Assembly: GCA_963778655.1 (NCBI GenBank)
Contig: CAVZVA010000012.1
Location: 96,001-160,000 of the forward strand
From: an uncultured delta proteobacterium
GTDB lineage: Bacteria > Myxococcota_A > Polyangia > Polyangiales > JAFGIB01
Length of the DNA stretch: 64,000 nt
Direction: 5' to 3'
Shown here: positions 9,654 through 18,882 of the stretch, piece by piece
How the letters are laid out: each line of letters opens with the position of its first letter
Numbering within the stretch: the first letter of the stretch is position 1
The notes under the pieces: generated by a model
What the model saw: the letters and a program-made list of their open reading frames with translations, nothing else
Databases searched by the model: none
Told to the model about the DNA's origin: nothing
Position numbers and translations under genes: made by a program

Positions 9654-11003
9654 CTATTCACGGCCGAACGGCAAGGCCACGGTTTCCTTGAGCGTGAGCG
9701 GGCTCTTGTGAATGAAGGTCGCCAGCGTCAGCGCGGTGTAGGCCGTATACGAGCCGGCCGTGGCCCATGCCGCGCCGTGCGCGCCATACAGGGGAATCAG
9801 GCTGAGATCGAGCGCGACGGTGACCGCGAGACCGCCGATGCTCAGCAGCACGTTGAGCCCGACCGCGTTGATTCCCGACAGGTAGATGCTCAGCACCTTG
9901 CTGACCGAATACGGGACGATGCCCAGCAGCAGGATCCCGAGCAGGGAGGGTACCTCCGCGAAGTCCGTGCCGAACAGCGTGGTCAGGAACAGGTGCGCGC
10001 AGATCAGGCCGGCGGCGGCCGCGGCCGCGCTGACCAGCGAGGCGATGCGCGCGGTGCGCCAGGCCAGCGTTGCCGCCTCGCGGCGGCCGAGCATCGCCGA
10101 ATAGGGAAACAGCACGCGCGCCGCGGCGGTCGGGACGATCCATACCATCTGCGCGAGCGATACGGCGAGCGAGTAGCGCCCGAGCTCGGCCGCGCCGCGC
10201 CACGCGTCCACCACCCACATGTCGAAGCGGTAGGTCAGAAACTGCAAGGCCTCGCTGCAGTAGCTCAGCAGCGAGTAGCGCAGCAGGGTGCGAAGCCGCA
10301 GCACCGCAGCGGGAGCGGCGGACGGCAGGGCCGGCGCGCGCTTGGCGGCCGCTCTGCGCAGGGCATTGTAAAACAGCAGGATGCTTGCACGCAGCGCTTC
10401 CAGCGCGACCAACAGGGCGATGATCGCGCTCGGTCCAGCCCACTCCGGGTGGACCCATAGCAGCGCGACCGAAGCGAGCGCGCCAGCCACGCTGACCGCG
10501 ACCGTGGCGGTGTTGATCGGCGTGAAGTCCGCGCGCGCGGACTGAAAGGCGCACACCCAGCTGCTGAGCTGGCTGAGCGCGAAGAACGCGCCGATGCCGA
10601 GCACCACCTGCAGCGCCGACAGGTCGTGCGGTAGGAACCGCCGCAGCGGGGAGACCACGGCCAGCACGGCGCAGGCCGCGACCAGCGCGAGCGTGCCGGC
10701 GTAGAGCCGGCCCAGCAGCCGGGCCAGCGCGCGTGGATGGGTCGCGCCGGAAGCCAGGAAGTAGGTGATGGCGGAGTTGATGCCGAGGCCCAAGTACAGC
10801 ACCGCCAGCGCGCTGGCATTATTGAAGCGCGTGACGTCGCCGCGCCCTACCGCGCCGAGCAGTCGCGCTTGAGCGATCGAGGTCACGAAGCCGGCGGCGA
10901 TCACCGCGAGCTGGGAGGCCGACATCGCCACCACGGCGCGCGCGACTCTTGCGGCGACACCCGAAGCCGCGCCCGCTGCCGGGGTCTCGCCTGACTCGTG
11001 CAT
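9654..11003 (-). CDS. Wzx-like polysaccharide flippase (MOP superfamily)
   Basis: Many TM helices; ARLLGAVGRG, TYRFDMWVV, ELGRYSLAVSLAQ, LIPLYGAHGAAWAT motifs. Confidence 0.85.
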   Translation of the reverse strand: MHESGETPAAGAASGVAARVARAVVAMSASQLAVIAAGFVTSIAQARLLGAVGRGDVTRFNNASALAVLYLGLGINSAITYFLASGATHPRALARLLGRLYAGTLALVAACAVLAVVSPLRRFLPHDLSALQVVLGIGAFFALSQLSSWVCAFQSARADFTPINTATVAVSVAGALASVALLWVHPEWAGPSAIIALLVALEALRASILLFYNALRRAAAKRAPALPSAAPAAVLRLRTLLRYSLLSYCSEALQFLTYRFDMWVVDAWRGAAELGRYSLAVSLAQMVWIVPTAAARVLFPYSAMLGRREAATLAWRTARIASLVSAAAAAAGLICAHLFLTTLFGTDFAEVPSLLGILLLGIVPYSVSKVLSIYLSGINAVGLNVLLSIGGLAVTVALDLSLIPLYGAHGAAWATAGSYTAYTALTLATFIHKSPLTLKETVALPFGRE

Positions 11004-11036
11004 GTGTGGCACTGTAGCGCACAACTCGCGGCGCGT

Positions 11037-12182
11037 ATGAGCCTCCGACGTATTCTGATCCTCGATCAGGTCTATCCCAGTGCGGACAACTTGTATTCGG
11101 ACGTGTTCGTTCACGTGCGCGCCAAGGGCTACGCGGAGCATGCGGAGGTGCTGGTCGCTTCGTATCCGAACACGCGGCCCGACTGGACGTACGAGGGCAT
11201 CAGTGTGCGCAGCTTTTCCAGCATCGCGCCGCTGCTCGAGCTGATCGCGGCGTGGAAGCCGGACGTGATCGCCGTCCACTTCGCAGAAGGGCCCATCATC
11301 ACCGACGTTCTGCTCAAGACCCGCGTGCCGTTCGTGGTCTGGATCCACGGCTTCGAGGCTTTGGGCTGGTACCGCCGGCTGTTCAATCTGAGCGGCCCGG
11401 CCGAGCTGCCGCGGCTGGCGGTGTTCGTGACGCGGCGTCTGCTGCGGTTCCGCCAGTTGATCACGCACAGCCGGCGTACCGGACGGGGTGTCTTCATCAC
11501 CCCGTCGCGCTGGCTGCTGCGCGCGGCGCAGATCGACATGCTGTGTCCCATGCCGCATGCCGAAGCGGTTCCCAACCCGATCGACTGCGAGCTGTTCCGC
11601 TACGTGGAGAAAGGCCCGGAGCTGCGCACGCGCGTCATGCTCCTGCGCTCGTTCGAGTCGCGCATCCGCGCGACCGACGTCGCCGTGGATACCATCGTTC
11701 GGCTCTCCCGGGACGCGCGCTTCGCCTCGTTTCAGTTCGATCTTTACGGGCGCGGCAAGCTGTTTGCGGCGGCTGCGGCACGGCTCGCGCCGTACGCGAA
11801 CGTGAACATGTACGAACGTTTCGTGCCCAATCGCGAAATCCCGGCGCTGCACGCCGAGCATGGGGTGCTGCTGTGCCCGAGCCGCCAGGACACCCAGGGC
11901 GTGACGATGTGCGAGGCCATGGCAAGCGGCCTCGTCCCCCTGACCACGCGCGTGAGCGGGATCCCGGAGTTCGTGACCCACGGCGCAAGCGGGTTTCTCA
12001 CCTCGTCGAGCGAGGAGCTCGCGAACGCATTGCTGACCTTGCACGACGATCCGGCATTGTTCCAGCGCATGTCACGCGCTGCCGCAAAAGAAGTGCGCCG
12101 CAAGTGCGCGGCGCCGAAGGTGATCGGACGCGAGCTCGAGATTCTGGAACGGGCCGCGTCGCAGGGCGCCGAGCCCTCGTGA
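11037..12182 (+). CDS. GT4-family glycosyltransferase
   Basis: VWIHGFEA, VPNPID, PSRQDTQGVTMCEAMASGL, SGIPEFV. Confidence 0.85.
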   Translation: MSLRRILILDQVYPSADNLYSDVFVHVRAKGYAEHAEVLVASYPNTRPDWTYEGISVRSFSSIAPLLELIAAWKPDVIAVHFAEGPIITDVLLKTRVPFVVWIHGFEALGWYRRLFNLSGPAELPRLAVFVTRRLLRFRQLITHSRRTGRGVFITPSRWLLRAAQIDMLCPMPHAEAVPNPIDCELFRYVEKGPELRTRVMLLRSFESRIRATDVAVDTIVRLSRDARFASFQFDLYGRGKLFAAAAARLAPYANVNMYERFVPNREIPALHAEHGVLLCPSRQDTQGVTMCEAMASGLVPLTTRVSGIPEFVTHGASGFLTSSSEELANALLTLHDDPALFQRMSRAAAKEVRRKCAAPKVIGRELEILERAASQGAEPS

Positions 12183-12315
12183 GGTCCGATGCGCGAGCTG
12201 CCGGGTCGTGATATGGGCAGCGACGTGACGCAGGCGGACTCGACCGCCGACGCCTCGAATCGTCGGCGAGCCCTCTCCGGGCGCGGCCGGCGCGCTGCCC
12301 GCGCGACCGCAACCC

Positions 12316-13374
12316 GTGGCCCCGCGGCGGGTCGCCGCTTGGGCCGCGGTCGCGTTCCTCTTGCACGGCGCGATCGCGCTTGCGGCGATCGGAACCGCGC
12401 ACCCGATCAGCTCCGGGCGCGACGGCCACCACTATCTCGCGATCGCCAGCCGCCTGTACACCTATCACGTGAATCTGGCGTTCCCGCCCGGCTACCCGCT
12501 GCTGATCCGGCTGTTCGAGCCGCTGCTCGGCTACCAGCCCGCGGCCTGGTTCGTGTCGCTGGTCGCGTCCACGCTGGCGACCGCGTTTTTCGGCCTGCTG
12601 CTCGCCGGCAGCGCGCCCAGTCCCGGCTCCGCGCGGGGCTGGCTGCGCGACGAGGACTACGGCGTCGCGTTCTTTCTGGTGGGTTCCTACGCCTGGCTGC
12701 ACACCGCCTCGACGCCGACCTCGGAGTCGGTGGGCATGGCGCTGATGCTCGGCGGGATGCTCGCGTTGCGCGGCGGCCACGAGCTCCAGGCGGCGCTGTG
12801 CCTGGCGCTCGCGAGCTGCACCCGCATCACGTTCTTCCTGCTGGTGCCGTTCTTCTGCTGGCCCGCGCTGCGACAGCGGCGCTACGTCCGAGCGGCGGTC
12901 ATCGCGGCCGCCGGCTGCGCCGGGATCGTGGTCCAGCACGCGCTGAGCAGGAGCATTCTCGGCTCCATCCAGGGAGTGGACGAGCTCCAGCGACGGCACT
13001 GGCAGTCGTTCGTGAGCTTTCCCCTGGCGGCGTTCTTCTCACCGCTCTTCCTGCACTATAATCCGCGGGCGGTGTTGCGCGTCACGTTGATGTTCGGCGC
13101 AAATGTGTACGCGTTGTGGCGGCTGCGGCGGACGCGCTGGCTGCTGCACAGCGGGCCGATGCTGCTGTTCTTGAGCGCGCTCAGCCCGTATGCCTTCTTC
13201 CGCTACGGCTTCGACCGTCAGGCGGTGCCATTGCTCTCCTTCTACGTCTGGCTGCACGAGGAAGCGCGGCTGCGCCCGCGTTCGCGTCCGGCGATACTGC
13301 TCGCGATGGCAGCTGCGTCGATCTGGATCGCGGTCGTCTTCGTGCGCTGGCAAGCCAATCGCCAGCTGCCCTGA
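12316..13374 (+). CDS. GT-C-like membrane glycosyltransferase (mannosyltransferase-like)
   Basis: DGHHYLAIA, LAFPPGYPLL and SES motifs plus TM helices. Start uncertain; a frameshift from ATG 12213/GTG 12225 is possible. Confidence 0.65.
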   Translation: MAPRRVAAWAAVAFLLHGAIALAAIGTAHPISSGRDGHHYLAIASRLYTYHVNLAFPPGYPLLIRLFEPLLGYQPAAWFVSLVASTLATAFFGLLLAGSAPSPGSARGWLRDEDYGVAFFLVGSYAWLHTASTPTSESVGMALMLGGMLALRGGHELQAALCLALASCTRITFFLLVPFFCWPALRQRRYVRAAVIAAAGCAGIVVQHALSRSILGSIQGVDELQRRHWQSFVSFPLAAFFSPLFLHYNPRAVLRVTLMFGANVYALWRLRRTRWLLHSGPMLLFLSALSPYAFFRYGFDRQAVPLLSFYVWLHEEARLRPRSRPAILLAMAAASIWIAVVFVRWQANRQLP

Positions 13375-13424
13375 TCGCATCGGTCCGGGCGTGCTTCGCG
13401 CGGGCGGGCGACCGGCCGCGCGGG

Positions 13425-14510
13425 TCAGCGTGGCGCAGAGAGGCACCGCTCGATGAACGCGAGTCGCTGGTCTTCCTTCGACGCGAGCGAAAGCCGTCCG
13501 GCCGCGAGCTGGCGCGCGCGCGCCGACAGCTCGGGGTCCCGATACGCGCGCCACGCGAATTCCCGGATCCTTTCCGCGCACTGCCACACGTTGTCCTCGG
13601 TGTTGGGGATCTGCAGCACACAGCCATCGGCTTCGGTCACGTCGGTGTCCTTGTACGCCTGCACCACGGGCAGACCGAGCGCGAGGTAGTTGCGCGCCTT
13701 GAGCGGCGAGGCCTCGAACATCTGCTTGCGGTAGAGGGCGAGCGGACCCAAGCCGACCGTGCAGCCGAGCATCAGCCGGTCCGACTCGGCTTGGGTGGAG
13801 GGCGGGACCGACTGCAGGTTGGGCGGTCCCCGGACGACCGCGCCGATCACCAGGAAGTCGAGCTCGGGCAAGGCTTGCGCGAGCTCGACGACCTTGTCGA
13901 TCCCGGCCCAGTCGTGCCGCGCGTATCCGATCAGCACCAGCTTGGGGCGCGGCGGCCGCACTGGCGGCAGGGGCTCGCCCTCGATCGGAAGACACGGGTT
14001 GGCCAGCACCAGTGAACGGCGCACGTCGGGTCCGCAGGCGCGCCGGACCTCCTCCGACACGAACACCACCCCCCGGGCTTCGCGCAAGAGCAGCGCGCGC
14101 GCGCGCAGCTTCAACGCGCGGTCCAACCGACGGGAGGTCTCGCGCGCGACGTCGCCGTTCACCTCGACCACCAGCGGCTTGGCGCGCAATAGCGTCCCCA
14201 GCCCGGGCGCGGGCGGAAGACCGCGGCTGTAGACCACGTCCACGCCCAGCCGCGTTGCCTCCCACAGCAGCTCGAGGGGGTAACTGGCGCGATAGGAAAC
14301 CTCGCCGCGGATGCGCTCGGGAAGCGAGCGCACGCGGGGTGCCTGTCTGAGGCGAGCCTCGACTTCTGCGACCGGAAGGGCCTTGGGCCTGCGGGTGGTC
14401 AGCAGCCAAACGCGGTGCCCGCGGCGCTCCCACTCGCGTGCGATTGCGGCGACCTTGTATGCGGAGCCCGAGGTCGCTTCGACCGCGTCGGCGATGTACA
14501 AGATGCGCAA
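13425..14510 (-). CDS. GT-B (GT4-like) glycosyltransferase
   Basis: Starts (M)RILYIAD; VVEVNG, SPLKARNYLALGLPVV. Confidence 0.75.
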   Translation of the reverse strand: MRILYIADAVEATSGSAYKVAAIAREWERRGHRVWLLTTRRPKALPVAEVEARLRQAPRVRSLPERIRGEVSYRASYPLELLWEATRLGVDVVYSRGLPPAPGLGTLLRAKPLVVEVNGDVARETSRRLDRALKLRARALLLREARGVVFVSEEVRRACGPDVRRSLVLANPCLPIEGEPLPPVRPPRPKLVLIGYARHDWAGIDKVVELAQALPELDFLVIGAVVRGPPNLQSVPPSTQAESDRLMLGCTVGLGPLALYRKQMFEASPLKARNYLALGLPVVQAYKDTDVTEADGCVLQIPNTEDNVWQCAERIREFAWRAYRDPELSARARQLAAGRLSLASKEDQRLAFIERCLSAPR

Positions 14511-14601
14511 GGTGGCGGGAAGATACGCTCGCGCTTTTACCACCGCAACCGCGAGCGCCAGGGCCGCGCGCGATCCACCGCGCGCCGGGCGCAGGTGGCT
14601 C

Positions 14602-15729
14602 TCAGCTGCGAGCGAGAATTTTGCGCGCGGCCGGCACCAGGAGCCGGTAGGCCGCGCGCTCCGAGCCGTACAGGTCGTGCGGTTTGCCGGGACGCGCCAG
14701 GTAGTCCTCCAGCTGTTGGCGCGACCACCCCATCTTCTTGATGAAGTACGCGATGTCCTGCTCCAGGGCCGCCTCGCTCGGATAGGCAATGCCTTCGAGA
14801 TCACGCAAGGCCTGCTCCCGCGTCATCTGGCCGCTGACGACGAGCGTGCTCAGGTGCAGCTTGCGTTTGTCGATGCCGAACTTCTTGGGCAGGATGTAGC
14901 CCTGATAGAAACGAGTGAACACCGACTCGTAGTGCTTGTAAGGATAAGGCTTGTAGTCGTAGCGGTTCTGCAACAGCTCGAGCGCCTTGGGCTTGTCGTA
15001 TTCGAAGTAGTCCAAGAACGACACCCAGTGAACGCCGCGGACGTGCGTGTAGTAGAGGTCTTGCCATGTGCCGATGGCCGGAAACGTCGGCAGCGCCCCG
15101 CCGTCGCCGAAGCGCCGCCAGATCGCGCGTATGTTGCGGCGGTCCCGCTTGAACCAGTTCCATCCGGGCGGCATGCGCATGCCCTCGGTAGCCTGGTTCA
15201 CGCCGGTCAGAATGTACTTCACGCCGTAACGAGACGCGGCTTGCATGTTGACCGCGGTCATCGCGTTGTCGTACAGCAGCTCCACGTCGACGACGTCCGC
15301 GTCGAAGAAGGCTTGCATCAGCTTGCGGTACTCGCGCCAGTCGATGACGTGGGTGTGAAGATCGACGCCAAGGCGGGTGATGAGCTGCTCGATGTTGTGC
15401 TGGGCGAGCTCGGAGTTCCAGCCATTGTCCATGTGCGTGGCCAGCGGACGCAGCCCCAGCTCGAGCACGGCGTGCAGCGCCCACGAGCTGTCGACGCCGC
15501 CGGAGACGCCGACGATGCAGTCGTAGCGGCGACCCTTGCCGGCCTGCTTGACACGCTCCACCAGCTCGCCGCGCCTCGCCTCGCGCTCGACGGTGCTCGC
15601 GAACAGCACGCTGCTCGAGCGCGCGAGCATATCGCTGCAGTAGTTGCAGCGCCCCTCTCGATCGAAAGAGATGTTCGGAACCGCGGCGTCCATCACGCAG
15701 CGCGTGCAGATCTTCAACCTCGAGCCCAA
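14602..15729 (-). CDS. N-acetyl sugar amidotransferase (WbuX/WbpG/PseA family)
   Basis: CTRCVMD...CNYC zinc motif, YDCIVGVSGGVDSS PP-loop, KHYES motif; adjacent to HisF/HisH-like genes. Confidence 0.9.
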   Translation of the reverse strand: MGSRLKICTRCVMDAAVPNISFDREGRCNYCSDMLARSSSVLFASTVEREARRGELVERVKQAGKGRRYDCIVGVSGGVDSSWALHAVLELGLRPLATHMDNGWNSELAQHNIEQLITRLGVDLHTHVIDWREYRKLMQAFFDADVVDVELLYDNAMTAVNMQAASRYGVKYILTGVNQATEGMRMPPGWNWFKRDRRNIRAIWRRFGDGGALPTFPAIGTWQDLYYTHVRGVHWVSFLDYFEYDKPKALELLQNRYDYKPYPYKHYESVFTRFYQGYILPKKFGIDKRKLHLSTLVVSGQMTREQALRDLEGIAYPSEAALEQDIAYFIKKMGWSRQQLEDYLARPGKPHDLYGSERAAYRLLVPAARKILARS

Positions 15730-15733
15730 GCGA

Positions 15734-16492
15734 CTACCCTCCGAACACCTGCCCGAGCATCTGGTAGCCCGGGTAGCGGATCAGCACGGCCCGGTGCGGG
15801 CCGTAGAACACGAACAGGCTCCCGGCGGCCACCGCCGACGCGCCGGCGTCCACCGCGCGCCGCAGGTCCGCCAGCGAACCCGCGCCCCCCACCGCGACCA
15901 AAGGGACGCTGATGGCCCGGGCCGCCTCCCGGATCAACCTCAGATCGTAACCGTGCTGCATCCCGTCGCGCTCGACCACGTTGAACAGCACCTCGCCGGC
16001 GCCCCGGTCAACCACCGCGCGCAGCCAATCACCGAGCGGTACGCGGAGCATCTTTCGCCTGGCCGCGTGGTACACGCGCGCCCGCTTGCGCCAATCGTGC
16101 TTGACGTCGACCGAGACCACCAGCGCCTGGCTGCCATAGCGCCGGGCGATCTCGGTGATGAGCTGGGGCGTGTGGATCGCGGCCGACTGCAAGCAGACTT
16201 TCTCGATGCCCAGGGCGAACAAGCGCTCGGCGTCGTGCAGCGAACGGATGCCTCCGCCGTAGCAGAGCGGCATGAAGCACTCGGCGGCGAGCTCCGCGAT
16301 CAGGCCGTAGTCGGGCGGGTCGCCCTTGCGGGTCGCGTCGATGTCGAGCACAACCAGCTCGTCGACCTCCTTTTCGTTGAAGATGCGGATCGCGTTGATC
16401 GGGTCGCCGACGTACTTGCGCTCGCCGAAGCGGCGGGTCTTGACCAGGCCGCCGTCGCTCAGGAGCAGACAAGGGATGACCCTGCGCAGCAT
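15734..16492 (-). CDS. hisF: HisF-like cyclase subunit (HisF2/WbuZ type) for sugar amidation
   Basis: RVIPCLLL, YVGDPINAIRIFNEKEVDELVVLDI, ECFMPLCYGGGI, AAGSLFVF; glycan-locus context. Confidence 0.9.
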   Translation of the reverse strand: MLRRVIPCLLLSDGGLVKTRRFGERKYVGDPINAIRIFNEKEVDELVVLDIDATRKGDPPDYGLIAELAAECFMPLCYGGGIRSLHDAERLFALGIEKVCLQSAAIHTPQLITEIARRYGSQALVVSVDVKHDWRKRARVYHAARRKMLRVPLGDWLRAVVDRGAGEVLFNVVERDGMQHGYDLRLIREAARAISVPLVAVGGAGSLADLRRAVDAGASAVAAGSLFVFYGPHRAVLIRYPGYQMLGQVFGG

Positions 16493-16493
16493 G

Positions 16494-17114
16494 TCAGAGC
16501 TCGAGGAAGCGCTGCAGCAGCGCCATGCCGAAGCGGTGGCTCTTCTCGGGGTGGAATTGCACGCCCAGCAGGTTGTCCCGCTGCACCGCGGCCACGAAGT
16601 CCACGCCGTAGCTCGCGGTCGCGATCACGTCACGCGGATCGTCGCAGCACACGTGGTAGGAATGCACGCAATAGTAGCGCTGCAGGCCCGCGTCGGGAGG
16701 CAGGATGGGGTTGTCGCGTGTGATCGTCAACTCGCTCCATCCCATGTGCGGCACCTTTAGGCCGCTTTCGGGCGGGAGCTGGAAGCGGCGCACGTCGGCT
16801 TCGATCCAGCCCAGACCGGGCAGCTTGCCCTCCTCGCTGCGGCGCGCCAGTAATTGCATCCCCAGGCAGATGCCGAGCACCGGCGCACCGGTTCGCAGGC
16901 GTTCCTCCAGCGGCGCGATGAAGCCCCGCTCGCGCAGCTCGGTCATGCCGTGATCGAAGGCGCCGACCCCGGCGATGATCACGCGCGTGGCGTGCGCCAG
17001 CGCGTCGGGCGAGCGCACGATCTCGCAAGCGTACCCGATGCGCTCGCACATGCGCTGAATGGACGCGAGATTGCCGCAGCCGTAGTCGGGCACCGTGACC
17101 GCGGGGACGCTCAT
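16494..17114 (-). CDS. hisH: HisH-like glutamine amidotransferase subunit (WbuY type)
   Basis: DYGCGNLAS, GVGAF, GICLGMQLL, VPHMGW, GVQFHPEKS. Confidence 0.9.
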   Translation of the reverse strand: MSVPAVTVPDYGCGNLASIQRMCERIGYACEIVRSPDALAHATRVIIAGVGAFDHGMTELRERGFIAPLEERLRTGAPVLGICLGMQLLARRSEEGKLPGLGWIEADVRRFQLPPESGLKVPHMGWSELTITRDNPILPPDAGLQRYYCVHSYHVCCDDPRDVIATASYGVDFVAAVQRDNLLGVQFHPEKSHRFGMALLQRFLEL

Positions 17115-17252
17115 CGAGCCGTCTCGAGCACCACGCGCGCGCAGCCGACGCAGAGGTGTGCGCGGCCGGATCCGTCCCCGGCGCTTGACCAGTCCCGACG
17201 GCCGCGATAGCGATGGAGCGCCTTCCGACTCGTTCGCGATTGCAGCGATGGC

Positions 17253-18461
17253 ATGTCAGAGACAGGGGTTATAGCACAGGCGCGCGCGCAGCCGCGGCTC
17301 GCGATCATCGCGCGTCTCTACCCGCGCCCGTACAATCCGCACGCCGGCCCCTTTAACCGCCAGCAGTTCCGCCGTCTGGCCCAGCACTATCGCCTGAGCC
17401 TGCTGGTGCCGGTTCCATGGAACGAGTGGATTCGCCACCGCGCCGAGCTCGGCCCGACGCGCGTCGATGGGCTGCGGGTGCGCTATGCGAGCTGGTGGTT
17501 TCTGCCCAAGCTGGCGAGCAGCTTGTATCCATTGTGGTTCGCGCTCTCGCTTTGGCCGCTCTTGCGCTGGTTGCGCGCCGCCGAGCCGGAGTGCCTGCTG
17601 GTGAGCTGGGCCTATCCCGATGCGGTGGGCGGTGTCGCGCTGGCGCGCGCGCTGGGCTGCCCGCTGATCATCCGGACCCACGGCAGCGACGTGAACGTGT
17701 ACGCCGCGGGCCGGCTGCCGGCGGCGCAGCTGCGCTGGGCGACCCAGCACGCCGCCTTCGTGATCTGCGTGAGCCACGCCCTCAAACGCAGCCTGGTGGA
17801 GCTCGGGGTGGAGCCCGACAAGGTCGCCGTCATCCCGACCGGGGTCGATACCGAGCGCTTCGCGCCACGTGCCCGGGACGGCGCGCGCCGCCAGCTCGGC
17901 CTTGCCGGCGATCGCAGGATCTTGCTGTTCGTCGGCAATCTGCTGCGCGCCAAGGGGCTGCACGAGCTGGTCGAGGCGTTCAGCGCGCTCGCCGCGCGGC
18001 GCCCCGAGCTGGACTTGGTGCTGGTCGGCCAAGGCCCCGAGCGCGCGTGGCTCGACGCGCAGGCCGCTCGGCTGGGGCTGGCTCATCGCATTCGGGCGGT
18101 CGGCGCCGTCGACCACGAGGCCGTCGCCACCTGGCTCAACGCCGCCGACCTGTTCTGCCTGCCCAGCCACCGTGAAGGGCTGCCGAACGGGGTGGTCGAG
18201 GCGCTGGCGTGCGGACTGCCCGTGGTCGCTACCGACGTCGGCGGCATTCCGGAGGCGCTCACCCCCGACAACGGCATCCTGGTGCGGCCTCACAGCGGCA
18301 GCGAGCTGGCTTCGGCGCTGCAACAGGCGCTCGATCGCGAATGGGACCGGGACGCCATCGTCGCCTCCGGCCGCCGGTTCTCCTGGGACGCCAACCTCAG
18401 CGCGACGCGGCGTCTGATCGACCAGGCCATCGCGCTCCATCGCCAGGGGCGCTCGCGCTAA
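17253..18461 (+). CDS. GT4-family glycosyltransferase (TuaC-like)
   Basis: WAYPDA, THGSDVN, KGLHEL, PSHREGLPNGVVEALACGLPVVATDVGGIPE. Confidence 0.9.
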   Translation: MSETGVIAQARAQPRLAIIARLYPRPYNPHAGPFNRQQFRRLAQHYRLSLLVPVPWNEWIRHRAELGPTRVDGLRVRYASWWFLPKLASSLYPLWFALSLWPLLRWLRAAEPECLLVSWAYPDAVGGVALARALGCPLIIRTHGSDVNVYAAGRLPAAQLRWATQHAAFVICVSHALKRSLVELGVEPDKVAVIPTGVDTERFAPRARDGARRQLGLAGDRRILLFVGNLLRAKGLHELVEAFSALAARRPELDLVLVGQGPERAWLDAQAARLGLAHRIRAVGAVDHEAVATWLNAADLFCLPSHREGLPNGVVEALACGLPVVATDVGGIPEALTPDNGILVRPHSGSELASALQQALDREWDRDAIVASGRRFSWDANLSATRRLIDQAIALHRQGRSR

Positions 18462-18629
18462 GGACCCGAGCACAAATAACCGGATCACGGCCGGCTTGTC
18501 GGCGCAGTGCGATCGCGAGCGCGCCCGCAGAAAAAGCCACAGGAATACTCGATGTATTTCGAGGACAAGAGCCGCGAACGCGCCCGCCCACGAGCCGCAA
18601 CTGAGCAGATTTATCTGTCCTCGGGTCCT
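18458..18629. mobile_element. MITE-like non-coding element, copy 1
   Basis: Terminal inverted repeats AGGACCCGAGCACAAATAA / TTATCTGTCCTCGGGTCCT (2 mismatches), central GGAATACTCGATGTATTTC, and a second similar copy at 52268..52446. Confidence 0.7.
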
Positions 18630-18795
18630 CGGGTCCCAAGGGCGCCGCGCGCACCGCACCGACCCCTCTCCCCGACTGGACAGCGGGGAAAATTGCCGTG
18701 AAGACGGACCCCCGCGACTCGGCCGGAACCTCCGCCGCGCGCGTGTGCCATGCTTGGGCCTGCGCACGGCCGGCGACTCGGCCGGCGTGGACACC

Positions 18796-18882
18796 ATGAC
18801 CGCGCGCACGGCGTTCATACTCGGCACCGCCGGAGCGGACGGCAGCCATCCTGCGGCCGAGGTGGCGGGCGGAGGCCCATGA
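18796..18882 (+). pseudogene. 28-aa uORF resembling the N-terminus of GDP-mannose 4,6-dehydratase, overlapping the wecB start (ATGA)
   Basis: MTARTAFILGTAGADGSHPAAEV compared with the Gmd consensus ALITGITGQDGSYLAE. Confidence 0.4.

Noticed and set aside
15734..17114. Histidine biosynthesis operon
   Set aside because: No other his genes are nearby; sequence type and linkage to a sugar amidotransferase indicate glycan-modifying paralogues.
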